Source: Clostridiaceae bacterium (GTDB lineage Bacteria; Bacillota; Clostridia; Oscillospirales; Butyricicoccaceae). Taken from it: DNA of 64,000 bases. The notes beneath the pieces are model-generated. The model had not been told where the DNA came from. It worked only from the letters and a program-made list of their open reading frames with translations, and made no database searches. The translations under genes and the position numbers were made by a program. This document shows positions 1 to 10,012 of this stretch, piece after piece. The stretch lies in the NCBI GenBank assembly GCA_016293155.1, contig JAEDEU010000001.1, positions 3,198-67,197 of the forward strand, written 5' to 3'. The stretch's first letter is position 1, and the number at the start of each line of letters is the position of its first letter.

Positions 1-525
1 ACGCTGCTGGCGCTGTGCGGTGCGTTTGCGTTTGTACTGTCCGCGATGAAGCTCCCGTCGGTCAGCGGCTCGTGCTCGCATCCGACCGGTGTCGGTCTGG
101 GCGCGATCCTGTTCGGACCGTGTGCGACCACCATCCTCGGACTGATTGTCCTGCTGTTTCAGGCGATCCTGCTCGCGCACGGCGGTCTGTCCACGCTGGG
201 AGCGAATGTGTTCTCTATGGCGATTGTCGGTCCGCTGGTGTCCTTCGGCGTGTTTAAGCTGCTGAAGAAGCTGGGCGTTCCGAGTGCGGTCTGTGTGTTT
301 GCAGCGGCGGCTCTGGGCGATCTGCTGACCTATGTGTGCACGTCGTTCGAGCTGGCGGCGGCATTCCCGGGCGAGGGCTTTGCATTCTCGCTGGCGAAGT
401 TTATGGGCATCTTTGCGATTACTCAGATCCCGCTGGCGATCTCCGAGGGTCTGCTGACCGTGCTGGTATACAATGTGCTGGCAAAGTACAGCAGAAAAGA
501 GCTGGATGCACTGGGCGCGCTGTAA
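1..525 (+). CDS. cbiM: Cobalt ECF transporter substrate-capture component CbiM (5' end outside window)
   Basis: Frame 1 is open from base 1 ([21 protein letters not shown]...). Polytopic hydrophobic protein with stop at 523-525. Followed by cbiN-cbiQ-cbiO in canonical order. Confidence 0.85.
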   Translation, partial: TLLALCGAFAFVLSAMKLPSVSGSCSHPTGVGLGAILFGPCATTILGLIVLLFQAILLAHGGLSTLGANVFSMAIVGPLVSFGVFKLLKKLGVPSAVCVFAAAALGDLLTYVCTSFELAAAFPGEGFAFSLAKFMGIFAITQIPLAISEGLLTVLVYNVLAKYSRKELDALGAL

Positions 526-537
526 GGAGGTACAACG

Positions 538-816
538 ATGAAGCTTTGGCAGAAAAATATCATTTTGGCTGTTTTGGTGGTCATTCTGGCAGTGGTGCCG
601 CTGGTTGTCTGCAAGGGTGCAGAGTTCGGCGGCGCGGACGGCGAAGCGGAGGAAGCAATCGGAGAGATTGCTCCGGATTACGAGCCGTGGTTTGCAAGCA
701 TCTATGAGCCGGCAAGCGGAGAGATTGAATCTCTGCTGTTCGCCTTACAGGCGGCTGTCGGATCGGGAGTCGTATGCTTCGTGCTGGGCAGACTGACCGC
801 CAAGAAGGAACAGTAA
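538..816 (+). CDS. cbiN: Cobalt transport protein CbiN
   Basis: 92 aa with two hydrophobic segments flanking an acidic loop (GADGEAEEAIGEIAPDYEPW). AAGGAGG lies 7 nt upstream. Sits between cbiM and cbiQ. Confidence 0.85.
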   Translation: MKLWQKNIILAVLVVILAVVPLVVCKGAEFGGADGEAEEAIGEIAPDYEPWFASIYEPASGEIESLLFALQAAVGSGVVCFVLGRLTAKKEQ

Positions 817-817
817 T

Positions 818-1600
818 ATGATCGGTACAGACAAATATTCCTACGCCTCCGCGCTTCGGCGCGTGCAGCCGCAGTCCAAGCTGCTGCTGACGATGGTGAG
901 TATTGTCCTGTGCCTTACGCTGGATTCCGTCGCTGTCAGTCTGCTCACAGTAGTGCTGATGGCGGCGGTTATCTGCTGTATGGGGAAAATCGCACTGCGC
1001 GATTTTGTGCACATGATGATTCTGCCGATGGACTTTTTGCTGCTTGCCACGATCACGATTTTTATCGGACGGTTTGAGCCGGATGCGCCGCAGGTGCTCG
1101 GCATCGTGATCGGCGCGCATCGCTACGGTATTTCGTCCGCCTCTGCGGTGATGGGCGCGCACATCTTCCTGCGGTCGCTTGCCGCAATTGCGAGTGTGTA
1201 TTTTCTGGTGCTCAACACGCCGATGACGGACATCAGCTGGGCGCTCGGACGGCTGCATGTGCCGCCGCTGTTCATCCAGCTGATGGAGCTGATCTACCGC
1301 TTTGTCTTTGTGCTGTATGAGGCGATGCACCGCATCCGCACCGCGCAGGCATCCCGTCTGGGCTATCACGGTCTGGCGCGCTCCTACCGCTCGACCGGCA
1401 CCTTGGTCGCGGTGCTGTTTGCACGGGCGTATCATAAGTCCAACCGCATCAGCTGCGCACTGGAATCGCGGGGCTATACGGGAAATTTGCAGACGCTGGA
1501 GCAGGAATATGAGAGCGGAGCACGGGTGCGGTATGCGTGTATCGGCATTACGGCATTGCAGATGCTTTGCTTTGCGGCGGAAAGGCTGGTGTGCGCATGA
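818..1600 (+). CDS. cbiQ: Cobalt ECF transporter T component CbiQ
   Basis: 260-aa polytopic membrane protein starting 2 nt after the cbiN stop. Position and size fit the CbiQ/EcfT family. Confidence 0.85.
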   Translation: MIGTDKYSYASALRRVQPQSKLLLTMVSIVLCLTLDSVAVSLLTVVLMAAVICCMGKIALRDFVHMMILPMDFLLLATITIFIGRFEPDAPQVLGIVIGAHRYGISSASAVMGAHIFLRSLAAIASVYFLVLNTPMTDISWALGRLHVPPLFIQLMELIYRFVFVLYEAMHRIRTAQASRLGYHGLARSYRSTGTLVAVLFARAYHKSNRISCALESRGYTGNLQTLEQEYESGARVRYACIGITALQMLCFAAERLVCA

Positions 1601-2445
1601 GCACGATGATGGAAACCAAAAAACTGACCTATCGCTATGAGGACGGTACCGAGGCGCTGCGCGGACTGGATTTTGCGGCGGAGCGCGGAAAGATCACCGG
1701 TCTGCTGGGGGCGAACGGCGCGGGAAAATCCACGCTGTTTCTCAACCTGAACGGCGTGCTCACGCCGGAGAGCGGCACGGTGCTGCTGGACGGTGAGCCG
1801 GTGCAGTACAACCGAAAGGGCATTCTGGCGCTGCGGCAGCGGGTCGGAATCGTGTTCCAGGACCCGGACGATCAGCTGTTCTCGGCGGATGTCTATCGGG
1901 ATATCTCGTTTGGCGCGGTCAATCTGGGACTTCCGACGGACGAGGTGCGCCGCCGGGTGGAGGAGGCAATGGAGCAGACCGGCATCTCCGACCTATGCGA
2001 CAAGCCGACCCACGCGCTCAGCTACGGGCAGAAAAAGCGGGTTGCGATTGCCGGTATTCTGGTTATGCGTCCGGATGTGATGATTCTGGACGAGCCGACC
2101 GCCGGTCTGGACCCGTCCGGCGTGAGCGACATCATGCACCTGCTCACCAGACTGCGCGACGAGCTGGGTATGACCATCGTGGTGGCAACGCATGATATTG
2201 ACATCGTGCCGCTGTACTGCGATCAGGTTTACCTGCTGAGCGGAGGCGTGAGCTGTGCGCACGGCACGCCGGAGGAGCTGTTTTCACAGCCGGAGCTGCT
2301 GCGGGCGCACCACCTCAGACTGCCGCGCATCGCGCATCTGATGGAGATTCTGAATAAAAAGGACGGGCTGGATGTCAGCCCGACTGCCGCGACCATCTCA
2401 CAGGCGCGCACACAGATTGTTAAGCTGATGAAAGAGCTAGTTTAG
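1597..2445 (+). CDS. cbiO: Cobalt ECF transporter ATPase CbiO
   Basis: Walker A GANGAGKST, ABC signature LSYGQKKRVAIA, Walker B MILDEPTAGLD. ATG 1597 overlaps the cbiQ stop (ATGA). The longer 1537 ORF start lies inside cbiQ. Confidence 0.9.
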   Translation: MSTMMETKKLTYRYEDGTEALRGLDFAAERGKITGLLGANGAGKSTLFLNLNGVLTPESGTVLLDGEPVQYNRKGILALRQRVGIVFQDPDDQLFSADVYRDISFGAVNLGLPTDEVRRRVEEAMEQTGISDLCDKPTHALSYGQKKRVAIAGILVMRPDVMILDEPTAGLDPSGVSDIMHLLTRLRDELGMTIVVATHDIDIVPLYCDQVYLLSGGVSCAHGTPEELFSQPELLRAHHLRLPRIAHLMEILNKKDGLDVSPTAATISQARTQIVKLMKELV

Positions 2446-2453
2446 GGCTGTTT

Positions 2454-3599
2454 ATGAGGGAATTTGTTGTAAAAAACAAAAAAAAGCTCGCACTGGGATA
2501 TACAACTGGTTCCTGCGCCGCTGCTGCCGCAAAGGCGGCGGCGCAGGCGCTGCTCTCCGGCGAGCCGGTGGACTCCGTTCGGCTGATGACACCCGCAGGC
2601 ATCCTGCTCCATGTGGATGTGGAGCACATGGAGCGTGCACCGGATCGGGTGCGCTGTGCCGTCCGCAAGGACGCGGGCGATGATCCGGACATCACGCATG
2701 GGATGCTGGTCTTTGCCGAGGTGGAAAAAACAGCTTCGGGCATCTCTATTGACGGCGGTGAGGGGGTCGGGCGCGTAACAAAGCCCGGTCTGGCGTGCGC
2801 AGTCGGTCAGGCGGCGATCAATCCCGGACCGCGGGAGCAGATTACCCGTGCGCTGACCGAGACGGCGGAGCGGTATGGCTATACGGGCGGCTTTTCCGTG
2901 GTGATTTCCGCACCGGAGGGCGTGCGGCTCGCGGAGCGGACGTTTAATCCGAGTCTGGGCATTGTCGGCGGGTTGTCCATTCTGGGCACGACCGGCATCG
3001 TCGAGCCGATGAGCGAGCGCGCGCTGATTGACACAATCCGGCTGGAGCTGGACGCGCGGTACGCCGAAGGTGTGCGCGAGCTGCTGATCTGTCCGGGCAA
3101 CTACGGCGAGGATTTTGCCGCAGAGCAGCTGGGGCTGAGTCTGGAGCGCGGCGTGAAATGCTCGAATTTTATCGGGGAGACGCTGGATTATGCGGTATAC
3201 AGGGGATTTTCCTCTGTCCTGCTCATCGGGCACGCGGGCAAGCTCATCAAGCTCGGCGCCGGTGTCTTTCAGACGCATTCGTCCTATGCGGACGGGCGGC
3301 AGGAGGTGCTTGCATCGCACGCCGCCATGGCGGGTGCGGATCGGGATACGGTGCGCGCCGTGATGCAGTCGGTCAGTGTGGACGAGTGCATCCGGCTGAT
3401 TCGGGAGGCGGGCGTGCTGGAGGAGACTCTGCGCACGATTTCCCAAAAAATCGCAAGGCATCTGCATCATCGGACGGTGGACAAAACCGGACGGGATTTT
3501 TGCATGGAATATTTGATTTTTACCAATGTACACGGCGTGCTGATCCAATCGGACGGCGCGGCGGAGCTGATCAATCGACTAAAGGAACGAGAGCTATGA
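2454..3599 (+). CDS. cbiD: Cobalt-precorrin-5B C1-methyltransferase CbiD
   Basis: 381 aa with the N-terminal LALGYTTGSCAAAAAKAA motif characteristic of CbiD. Embedded among cbi genes. Confidence 0.85.
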   Translation: MREFVVKNKKKLALGYTTGSCAAAAAKAAAQALLSGEPVDSVRLMTPAGILLHVDVEHMERAPDRVRCAVRKDAGDDPDITHGMLVFAEVEKTASGISIDGGEGVGRVTKPGLACAVGQAAINPGPREQITRALTETAERYGYTGGFSVVISAPEGVRLAERTFNPSLGIVGGLSILGTTGIVEPMSERALIDTIRLELDARYAEGVRELLICPGNYGEDFAAEQLGLSLERGVKCSNFIGETLDYAVYRGFSSVLLIGHAGKLIKLGAGVFQTHSSYADGRQEVLASHAAMAGADRDTVRAVMQSVSVDECIRLIREAGVLEETLRTISQKIARHLHHRTVDKTGRDFCMEYLIFTNVHGVLIQSDGAAELINRLKEREL

Positions 3600-4276
3600 A
3601 TCAGGGAACACTATACGGCGTAGGCGTGGGTCCGGGCGATCCGGAGCTGCTGACCATGAAGGCGGTGCGCATTCTGCGCGAGGCGGATGTGATTGCCGCA
3701 CCGGACACCGGCGGAGAGAAAACCGCCCTCGGCATCTGCAAGGAATACATCGAGGGCAAGCCGATGCTGCTGTGCGATATGCCGATGCTCCGCGACAAGG
3801 AGCTGCTGGCGCGCAAGTACGACAGCGCGGCGGATGAAATTTGCAGCATTCTGGACAGCGGGCGCAATGTGGCATTCATCACGCTGGGCGACCCGACCGT
3901 CTATTCGACCTATCTTTATGTGCATCAGCGCGTGCGTGCGCGCGGCTATACGGCAGAGCTGGTGCCGGGTGTGCCGTCCTTCTGTGCGGCGGCGGCGCGT
4001 CTGGGCGAGTCGCTCTGCGAGGCGGCGGAGCCGCTGACCATCATTCCGGCGTCCAACCGCGAGATCGACACGTTTCTCGATCTGCCGGGCACCAAGGTGC
4101 TCATGAAAACCGGACGCGCGATGGCGCAGGTCAAGCGCACGCTCTCGGAGCGCAGGGTATCCGTACAGTCGGTGGAAAACTGCGGTCTGGTAGGGGAGCG
4201 CGTATTCCGCTCGCTGGACGAGATTGACACCGAGGCGGGTTATTTTTCCATTGTTGTGGTAAAGGAGAAGGTATGA
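3596..4276 (+). CDS. cbiL: Cobalt-precorrin-2 C20-methyltransferase CbiL
   Basis: Tetrapyrrole-methylase N-terminus MNQGTLYGVGVGPGDPELLT. ATG 3596 overlaps the cbiD stop (ATGA). The 3158 ORF extension overlaps cbiD and is not coding. Confidence 0.85.
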   Translation: MNQGTLYGVGVGPGDPELLTMKAVRILREADVIAAPDTGGEKTALGICKEYIEGKPMLLCDMPMLRDKELLARKYDSAADEICSILDSGRNVAFITLGDPTVYSTYLYVHQRVRARGYTAELVPGVPSFCAAAARLGESLCEAAEPLTIIPASNREIDTFLDLPGTKVLMKTGRAMAQVKRTLSERRVSVQSVENCGLVGERVFRSLDEIDTEAGYFSIVVVKEKV

Positions 4277-5031
4277 TTTATTTTGTCGGAGCAGGCTCGG
4301 GCGCGGTGGATCTCATCACCGTGCGCGGCAGATCGCTCATTGAACGCGCGGATGTGATTGTCTATGCCGGTTCGCTGGTCAATCCGGAGCACCTGACGTT
4401 TGCAAAGCCGGAATGTGACATCCATGACAGCGCGAAGCTGTCGCTGGAGCAGGTCATGGAGATCATGCTTCCTGCGGCGAAGGCGGGCAAGCTGGTGGTG
4501 CGCCTGCACACGGGCGACCCGTCCATCTACGGCGCAATCCGCGAGCAGATGGACATTCTGGATGCAGAGGGCGTGGAGTATGAGGTCTGCCCGGGCGTGT
4601 CCTCCTTCTGCGGCGCGGCGGCGGCGCTCAAGGCGGAATATACGCTTCCCAATGTCAGCCAGTCGGTCATTTTAACGCGCATGGAGGGGCGCACGCCCGT
4701 GCCGGAGCGCGAGTCCATTCAGTCCTTCGCGGCGCACGGTGCAACCATGGTGCTGTTTTTGTCCGCCGGAATGCTGGGCGAGCTGTCTCGCCGCCTGATC
4801 GAGGGCGGCTATACGGCGGAAACGCCGGCGGCAATCGTCTACAAGGCGACATGGCCGGATGAGAAGATTGTGCGCTGTACGGTCGGCACGCTCGCGGAGC
4901 GCGCAAGGGAGGCGGGCATCACCAAGACCGCACTGATTACCGTCGGCGGCTTTCTGGGGACGGAGTACGACCGCTCCAAGCTGTATGACCCGACGTTTAC
5001 CCACGAATTCCGCACGGGCACGCAGGCATGA
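4273..5031 (+). CDS. cbiF: Cobalt-precorrin-4 C11-methyltransferase CbiF
   Basis: MIYFVGAGSGAVDLITVRG methylase fold, 252 aa, ATGA overlap with cbiL. Confidence 0.85.
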   Translation: MIYFVGAGSGAVDLITVRGRSLIERADVIVYAGSLVNPEHLTFAKPECDIHDSAKLSLEQVMEIMLPAAKAGKLVVRLHTGDPSIYGAIREQMDILDAEGVEYEVCPGVSSFCGAAAALKAEYTLPNVSQSVILTRMEGRTPVPERESIQSFAAHGATMVLFLSAGMLGELSRRLIEGGYTAETPAAIVYKATWPDEKIVRCTVGTLAERAREAGITKTALITVGGFLGTEYDRSKLYDPTFTHEFRTGTQA

Positions 5032-6044
5032 AGATTGCGGTGATTTCGTTTACCGGACGCGGGCATGAGACCGGCGCGCGCATTGCGGCGTGCTTTTCGG
5101 GCGATACCGTGACGCATTACGGACGCGCGGAGGGGCTGACTCCGTATGCATCGCTGGATGCGTTTGCGCGGCAGGCGATGGCGGAATGCGGGTGCATCGT
5201 GTTTGTCGGCGCGACGGGCATTGCGGTGCGCGCAGTCGCGCCGTATCTGCGCGGCAAGGATGTCGATCCCGCCGTGCTGACGGTGGACGAAAATGCGCGG
5301 TTTGTCATTGCGCTGCTGTCCGGTCACATCGGCGGCGCGAACCGGCTTGCGGAGCGGCTGGCGCGGCAGCTGGATGCGCAGCCGGTGGTCACGACCGCGA
5401 CGGACGGCAGAGGGCTGTTTGCCGCAGATGCATGGGCGGCAGAGCATGGGTGTATTGTCGCGGACAAGCGCGAGATCAAGTATATTTCGTCCGCACTGCT
5501 GCGCGGCGAAGCGGTTGGCTTTGTCAGCAGCTTCCCCGTGGACGGCGAGCTGCCCGAAGGGCTGCGGCGCGGAACCGGAATGGAGCACGGCATTGCGCTC
5601 ACGCTGGACGGCGGCGTGCAGCCGTTTGCGCACACGCTCCGGCTGATTCCGCGCATCGTGCATATCGGTGTGGGCTGTCGGCGCGGGGCGGATCCGGACA
5701 ATTTGATCCGTGCGGTCATGGACAGCCTGAGCCGTTTGGAGATTTCCCCGCGCGCGGTGCGTGCGGTGGCGTCCATCGACCTCAAGCGGGAGGAGCCGGC
5801 AGTGCTCCGGCTGGCGGAGCAGTTCGGCTGTGAAACGCGATTTTACACGTCAGACGAGCTGAACGCGGCGGACGGACGGTTTCCGGAGTCCGGATTCGTG
5901 CACAGCGTGACCGGCACGGACAATGTATGCCAGCGTGCGGCGGCGCGTTCCGCCGGGGCAGAGGGCATATGCCTGCTGCCAAAAACCGTTTTGTATGGTA
6001 CAACGGTTTCGATTTATCAGGAGAAATGGAGGGCGGAATTTTGA
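5028..6044 (+). CDS. cbiG: Cobalt-precorrin-5A hydrolase CbiG
   Basis: 338 aa with CbiG-like N- and C-terminal domains (IAVISFTGRG..., SIDLKREEPAV...). ATGA overlap with cbiF. Confidence 0.8.
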   Translation: MKIAVISFTGRGHETGARIAACFSGDTVTHYGRAEGLTPYASLDAFARQAMAECGCIVFVGATGIAVRAVAPYLRGKDVDPAVLTVDENARFVIALLSGHIGGANRLAERLARQLDAQPVVTTATDGRGLFAADAWAAEHGCIVADKREIKYISSALLRGEAVGFVSSFPVDGELPEGLRRGTGMEHGIALTLDGGVQPFAHTLRLIPRIVHIGVGCRRGADPDNLIRAVMDSLSRLEISPRAVRAVASIDLKREEPAVLRLAEQFGCETRFYTSDELNAADGRFPESGFVHSVTGTDNVCQRAAARSAGAEGICLLPKTVLYGTTVSIYQEKWRAEF

Positions 6045-7234
6045 AGCTGATGTTATCCGCCGTGGACTGGCAGACTGCCTCTGCCGCCGCGCGTGAGCCG
6101 CTTGCGTTTCCGGCGGCAAAGGTGCGCAGTCTGCTGCGCGAGATCCGCGCGCAGGCAGGTGTGAGCGGCTGTGTGCTGCTGTCCACCTGCAACCGAACCG
6201 AATTATATCTCACCGGCGACATCGGGGAGACACCGGCACAGCTGCTGTGCCGCCTGACCTGCCTGCCGGAGCTTGTGCCGCTGTTTGTCACCCGGTGCGG
6301 CGAACAGGCGGTCAATCACCTGATGGAGGTCACCTGCGGACTGCGTTCCCAGATTCTGGGCGAGGATCAGATTCTTTCCCAGGTGCGCAGTGCGCTGATG
6401 ACCGCGCAGGAGGAGCATACGACGGATGCGGTGCTGTCCGCGCTGTTCCGCAATGCCGTGACCGCCGGCAAGCAGTGCCGCACCGAGGTTCGTCTGACTG
6501 CCGCCCCGCTCTCAGTTGCGGAGTATGCGGTGGAGCTGGCGGAGAAAAAGTATAAAAATCTGAGCGGAACACGTGCGGTCGTGATCGGCAACGGCGAAAT
6601 GGGTCGTCTGACCTCGCGCCTGCTCGTCGAACGGGGCTGCCGCGTGACCGTCACCCTGCGTTCCTACCGCCACGGCGAAACGATTGTGCCCAGAGGCTGT
6701 GCGACCGTGCCGTATGATGCGCGGATGGACGCGATTGACGGCTGCGATCTGGTGTTCAGCGCAACCACCAGTCCGCACTATACGCTGACGGCGGAGCAGC
6801 TTGCGGGCTGTACACAGCCGCCCGCACTGGTCTGCGATCTCGCCATGCCGCGCGATGTTCAGCCGGAGGCGGGCGCGTATACCAAGCTGCTGGACATGGA
6901 CAGCATGACCGTGGACGCCTCGCACAACCGCGAGGAGCTGGCGCGCATTCATGAAGTAATCGAACAGAGCACCGCGGAATTCTTTCGCTGGTATCATCAT
7001 AGAGACAGCCTGCCGGTGCAGGAGCAGCTGCGCGAGCTGGCGGCGGAGCGCGTGCTGGAGAGTCTGGCGTTTGCCGATCTGGAGCTGCACGAGGAGGAGC
7101 TTCCGGCAGCGCGTGAGGCGGCGCAGCTTGCCGCGCGGCAGACCGTGGATTATCTGCTCGGCAGCCTGACGCTGTCACGCGGAGAGCTGGAGCAGGCACT
7201 GGAAAAAATTCGTCACAGGAGAAGAAAACCGTGA
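6041..7234 (+). CDS. hemA: Glutamyl-tRNA reductase HemA
   Basis: Catalytic-Cys motif LLSTCNRTELY and NADPH Rossmann motif AVVIGNGEMG. Start is ambiguous: TTG 6041 (GGAGGG 7 nt upstream, overlaps the cbiG stop), ATG 6026 or ATG 6050. Confidence 0.85.
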   Translation: MKLMLSAVDWQTASAAAREPLAFPAAKVRSLLREIRAQAGVSGCVLLSTCNRTELYLTGDIGETPAQLLCRLTCLPELVPLFVTRCGEQAVNHLMEVTCGLRSQILGEDQILSQVRSALMTAQEEHTTDAVLSALFRNAVTAGKQCRTEVRLTAAPLSVAEYAVELAEKKYKNLSGTRAVVIGNGEMGRLTSRLLVERGCRVTVTLRSYRHGETIVPRGCATVPYDARMDAIDGCDLVFSATTSPHYTLTAEQLAGCTQPPALVCDLAMPRDVQPEAGAYTKLLDMDSMTVDASHNREELARIHEVIEQSTAEFFRWYHHRDSLPVQEQLRELAAERVLESLAFADLELHEEELPAAREAAQLAARQTVDYLLGSLTLSRGELEQALEKIRHRRRKP

Positions 7235-7959
7235 ACATTTATGTAATTGGCATGGGCCCGGGCGATGCGGCATATCTGACACCGCGCGCGCTGGAGGCGA
7301 TTCAGGCGAGCGATGTCATCGTCGGCTACGGGCTGTACGTGGAGCTGCTGGGTGAGCTGGTGCAGGGCAAGGAGTGCATCACCACGCCCATGCGGCAGGA
7401 GATTCAGCGCTGTGAGATGGCGCGGGACAAAGCGTTGGCGGGTCATACGGTTTCGGTCGTGTGCTCGGGCGATGCGGGCATTTACGGCATGGCAGGTCTG
7501 GTGCATCAGGTGTGCGAGGGACATCCGGAGCTGACCATCGAGGTCGTGCCGGGCATCACCGCCGCGTGCTCGGGCGCTGCCGTGCTCGGCGCGCCGCTGA
7601 CGCATGATTTTGCCGTCATCAGCCTGAGCGACCTGCTCACGCCGTGGGAGAAAATCGAAACCCGTCTGGACTGCGCGGCACAGGGCGATTTCTGCATTGC
7701 ACTGTACAATCCGTCCAGCAAAAAGCGTGCGGACTATCTGAAGCGCGCGTGTGACATTCTGCTGCGCCATCAGCCGGAGACCATCGCCTGCGGCATCGTC
7801 CGCCAGATCGGGCGCGAGGGACAGGAATATGAGCTGTGCACGCTGGGTGAGCTGCGCGAAAAGCAGGTGGATATGTTTACCACCGTGTTTATCGGCAATT
7901 CGCAGACCAGAGTGATTCACAATAAGCTGGTTACGCCGAGAGGATATGAAAACAAATGA
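7231..7959 (+). CDS. cbiH: Cobalt-factor III / precorrin-3B C17-methyltransferase CbiH
   Basis: NIYVIGMGPGD methylase N-terminus, 242 aa. GTG start overlaps the hemA stop (GTGA). Confidence 0.85.
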   Translation: MNIYVIGMGPGDAAYLTPRALEAIQASDVIVGYGLYVELLGELVQGKECITTPMRQEIQRCEMARDKALAGHTVSVVCSGDAGIYGMAGLVHQVCEGHPELTIEVVPGITAACSGAAVLGAPLTHDFAVISLSDLLTPWEKIETRLDCAAQGDFCIALYNPSSKKRADYLKRACDILLRHQPETIACGIVRQIGREGQEYELCTLGELREKQVDMFTTVFIGNSQTRVIHNKLVTPRGYENK

Positions 7960-9131
7960 GACTCGTGATTTTTGCCGGAACGAGCGAGGGACGCGCCCTG
8001 TGTGAGCGCATCTCGCGGCGCGGCGCGCAGGCAGAGGTCTGTGTGGCAACCGAATACGGGCGCACCGTGCTGCCCGAGCTGCGCGGCATTACCGTGCATA
8101 GCGGACGCATGGATGAGGCGGAGATGACCGCATTTTTGCAAAATTTTGACACCGTTGTGGATGCGACGCATCCGTATGCGGATGTGGTGACGCGCAACCT
8201 GCGGTCGGCGTGCGCGGCGTGCGGCTGCCGTTATCTGCGCCTGCTCCGCCCCAAAACACAGGCAGAGGGAGTTGTGCACGTGCCGGACGCACAGGCGGCG
8301 GCGGAATTTTTAAACGCCGAGGAGGGCGGCATTCTGCTGACCACCGGCAGCAAGGATCTGCCGATATTTGCGGCGGGAATTGCGGACTACAAAGCCCGCC
8401 TGTTTCCGCGCGTGCTGCCCGCGGCGGCCTCGCTGGAGGCGTGCCAAAGGCTGGACATTCCGGCAAAAAACATGATTCTGATGCAGGGACCGTTTTCCGC
8501 CGAGCTGAATGCGGCGATGCTGCGGCAGACCGGCGCAAGGTGGCTTGTGACCAAGGACACCGGTGCGGCGGGCGGACTGCCGGAAAAGCTCGCGGCGGCG
8601 CGCGAGACGGGCGCGGGCGTGGTGATGATCGACCGCCCGACCGAGGAGGACGGCCTCAGCTCCGCGCAGATTGAGGCGGAGCTGTTTGGAAGCACACCGC
8701 GGTTTCCGTTGTTTCTCGACCTGACCGGCGCAAAATGCGTGATGGTCGGCGCGGGCAGCATTGCGCGGCGGCGCGTGGAGACATGGAAGCAGTACGGTGC
8801 GGAAATCGTTGTTATTGCGCCGGATGCGGACCGGATAGACGGCGTGCACGCGGTCTGCCGTCCGTATGAGTTCGGAGATTTGGAGGGAGCCGTGCTCGCA
8901 AGCGCAGCGACGAATGACCGTGCGGTCAACCGCGCCGTCGGACTGGAGGCGAAGGAAAGAGGCATTCCGGTCAGCGTGGCGGACTGCGCGGAGGAAAGCA
9001 CGTTTTATTTCCCGGCGGTGTGCCGCAGCGCGCACCTGAGCGCGGGCGTGGTGTCGGACGGCACAAGGCATACGCTGACTGCCGCCGCCGCAAAGCGCAT
9101 CCGCGCCGTCATGGAGGAGATTGATTTATGA
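7956..9131 (+). CDS. cbiJ: Fusion protein: cobalt-precorrin-6A reductase (CbiJ) + SirC/CysG-N-like precorrin-2 dehydrogenase domain
   Basis: The N-terminal ~250 aa carry CbiJ/CobK motifs (FAGTSEGR, DATHPYA, TTGSKD, QGPFS, VTKDTGAAGG). The C-terminal ~145 aa start FPLFLDLTGAKCVMVGAGSIARRR, the siroheme-synthase N-terminal NAD-binding fold. Confidence 0.8.
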   Translation: MRLVIFAGTSEGRALCERISRRGAQAEVCVATEYGRTVLPELRGITVHSGRMDEAEMTAFLQNFDTVVDATHPYADVVTRNLRSACAACGCRYLRLLRPKTQAEGVVHVPDAQAAAEFLNAEEGGILLTTGSKDLPIFAAGIADYKARLFPRVLPAAASLEACQRLDIPAKNMILMQGPFSAELNAAMLRQTGARWLVTKDTGAAGGLPEKLAAARETGAGVVMIDRPTEEDGLSSAQIEAELFGSTPRFPLFLDLTGAKCVMVGAGSIARRRVETWKQYGAEIVVIAPDADRIDGVHAVCRPYEFGDLEGAVLASAATNDRAVNRAVGLEAKERGIPVSVADCAEESTFYFPAVCRSAHLSAGVVSDGTRHTLTAAAAKRIRAVMEEIDL

Positions 9132-10012
9132 AAACCATTCGAGTAGGCAGCCGTGCATCCAAGCTGGCTGTCATTCAGGCGGAGATGGTCATGGATGCAA
9201 TCCGCGCCTCCCATCCGGAGGTGCACACCGAGCTGGTCACGATGACCACGACAGGCGATCAAATCCTGGACCGCACGCTGGATAAAATCGGCGGCAAGGG
9301 GCTGTTCGTCAAGGAGCTGGACCGCGCGCTGCTCGCGGGCGAGGTGGACATCACGGTGCATTCCATGAAGGATCTGCCGACCGAGCTCAATCCGGAGCTG
9401 CCTATCGTGGCGGTTTCCGAGCGCGCACAGCCGTATGACGCGCTGGTTCTGCCGCAGGGCGTGCGTGAGCGCGACCCGAAGCAGCCCATCGGCTGTGCCA
9501 GCGCGCGGCGGCGCATTCAATTGCAAAAACTGTTTCCCGATGCGGAGATCCGCCCGATTCGCGGCAATCTCCAGACCCGTCTGGCAAAGCTGGACGCGGG
9601 CGAATACGGCGCACTGGTGCTCGCACAGGCAGGTCTTGCGCGTCTGGGATTGGAATACCGCATTCACCGGCTGTTCTCACCGGAGGAAATTCTGCCGTCC
9701 GCCTGTCAGGGCATTCTGGCGGTGCAGGCGCGCGCCGGAGAGGATGTTTCCTATCTGTCCGGCTTCCACAACGAAGCCGCAATGCTCTGTGCCAAGACGG
9801 AGCGCGCCTTTATCCGCACGCTGGACGGGGGCTGCTCCGCACCCGTGGCGGCGTTTGCGGAAAAACTGGAACATAACATCCGCCTGACCGGACTGTATGT
9901 TTCGGAGGACGAGACCGTCCGGCTGAGGGAGACGATAACCATCCCGGCAGAGGACGCACCGCGCGCCGCGGCGGAGCTGGCGCATAAGCTCAAACAGGAG
10001 GCAAACCGATGA
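9128..10012 (+). CDS. hemC: Hydroxymethylbilane synthase (porphobilinogen deaminase) HemC
   Basis: IRVGSRASKLAVIQAE N-terminus and the GGCSAPVAAFA cofactor-Cys region. 294 aa, ATGA overlap. Confidence 0.9.
   Translation: MKTIRVGSRASKLAVIQAEMVMDAIRASHPEVHTELVTMTTTGDQILDRTLDKIGGKGLFVKELDRALLAGEVDITVHSMKDLPTELNPELPIVAVSERAQPYDALVLPQGVRERDPKQPIGCASARRRIQLQKLFPDAEIRPIRGNLQTRLAKLDAGEYGALVLAQAGLARLGLEYRIHRLFSPEEILPSACQGILAVQARAGEDVSYLSGFHNEAAMLCAKTERAFIRTLDGGCSAPVAAFAEKLEHNIRLTGLYVSEDETVRLRETITIPAEDAPRAAAELAHKLKQEANR

Noticed and set aside
3158-3595. Long N-terminal extensions offered by the ORF track for cbiL, hemL (12379), cobU (16085), cobQ (19881), cobT (22506), gltX (41236), the DUF1638 gene (26883) and the RACo-like gene (26086)
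   Set aside because: The extensions overlap the preceding gene out of frame and lack family-like sequence. Internal ATGs with SD sequences or stop-start overlaps reproduce the canonical N-termini.
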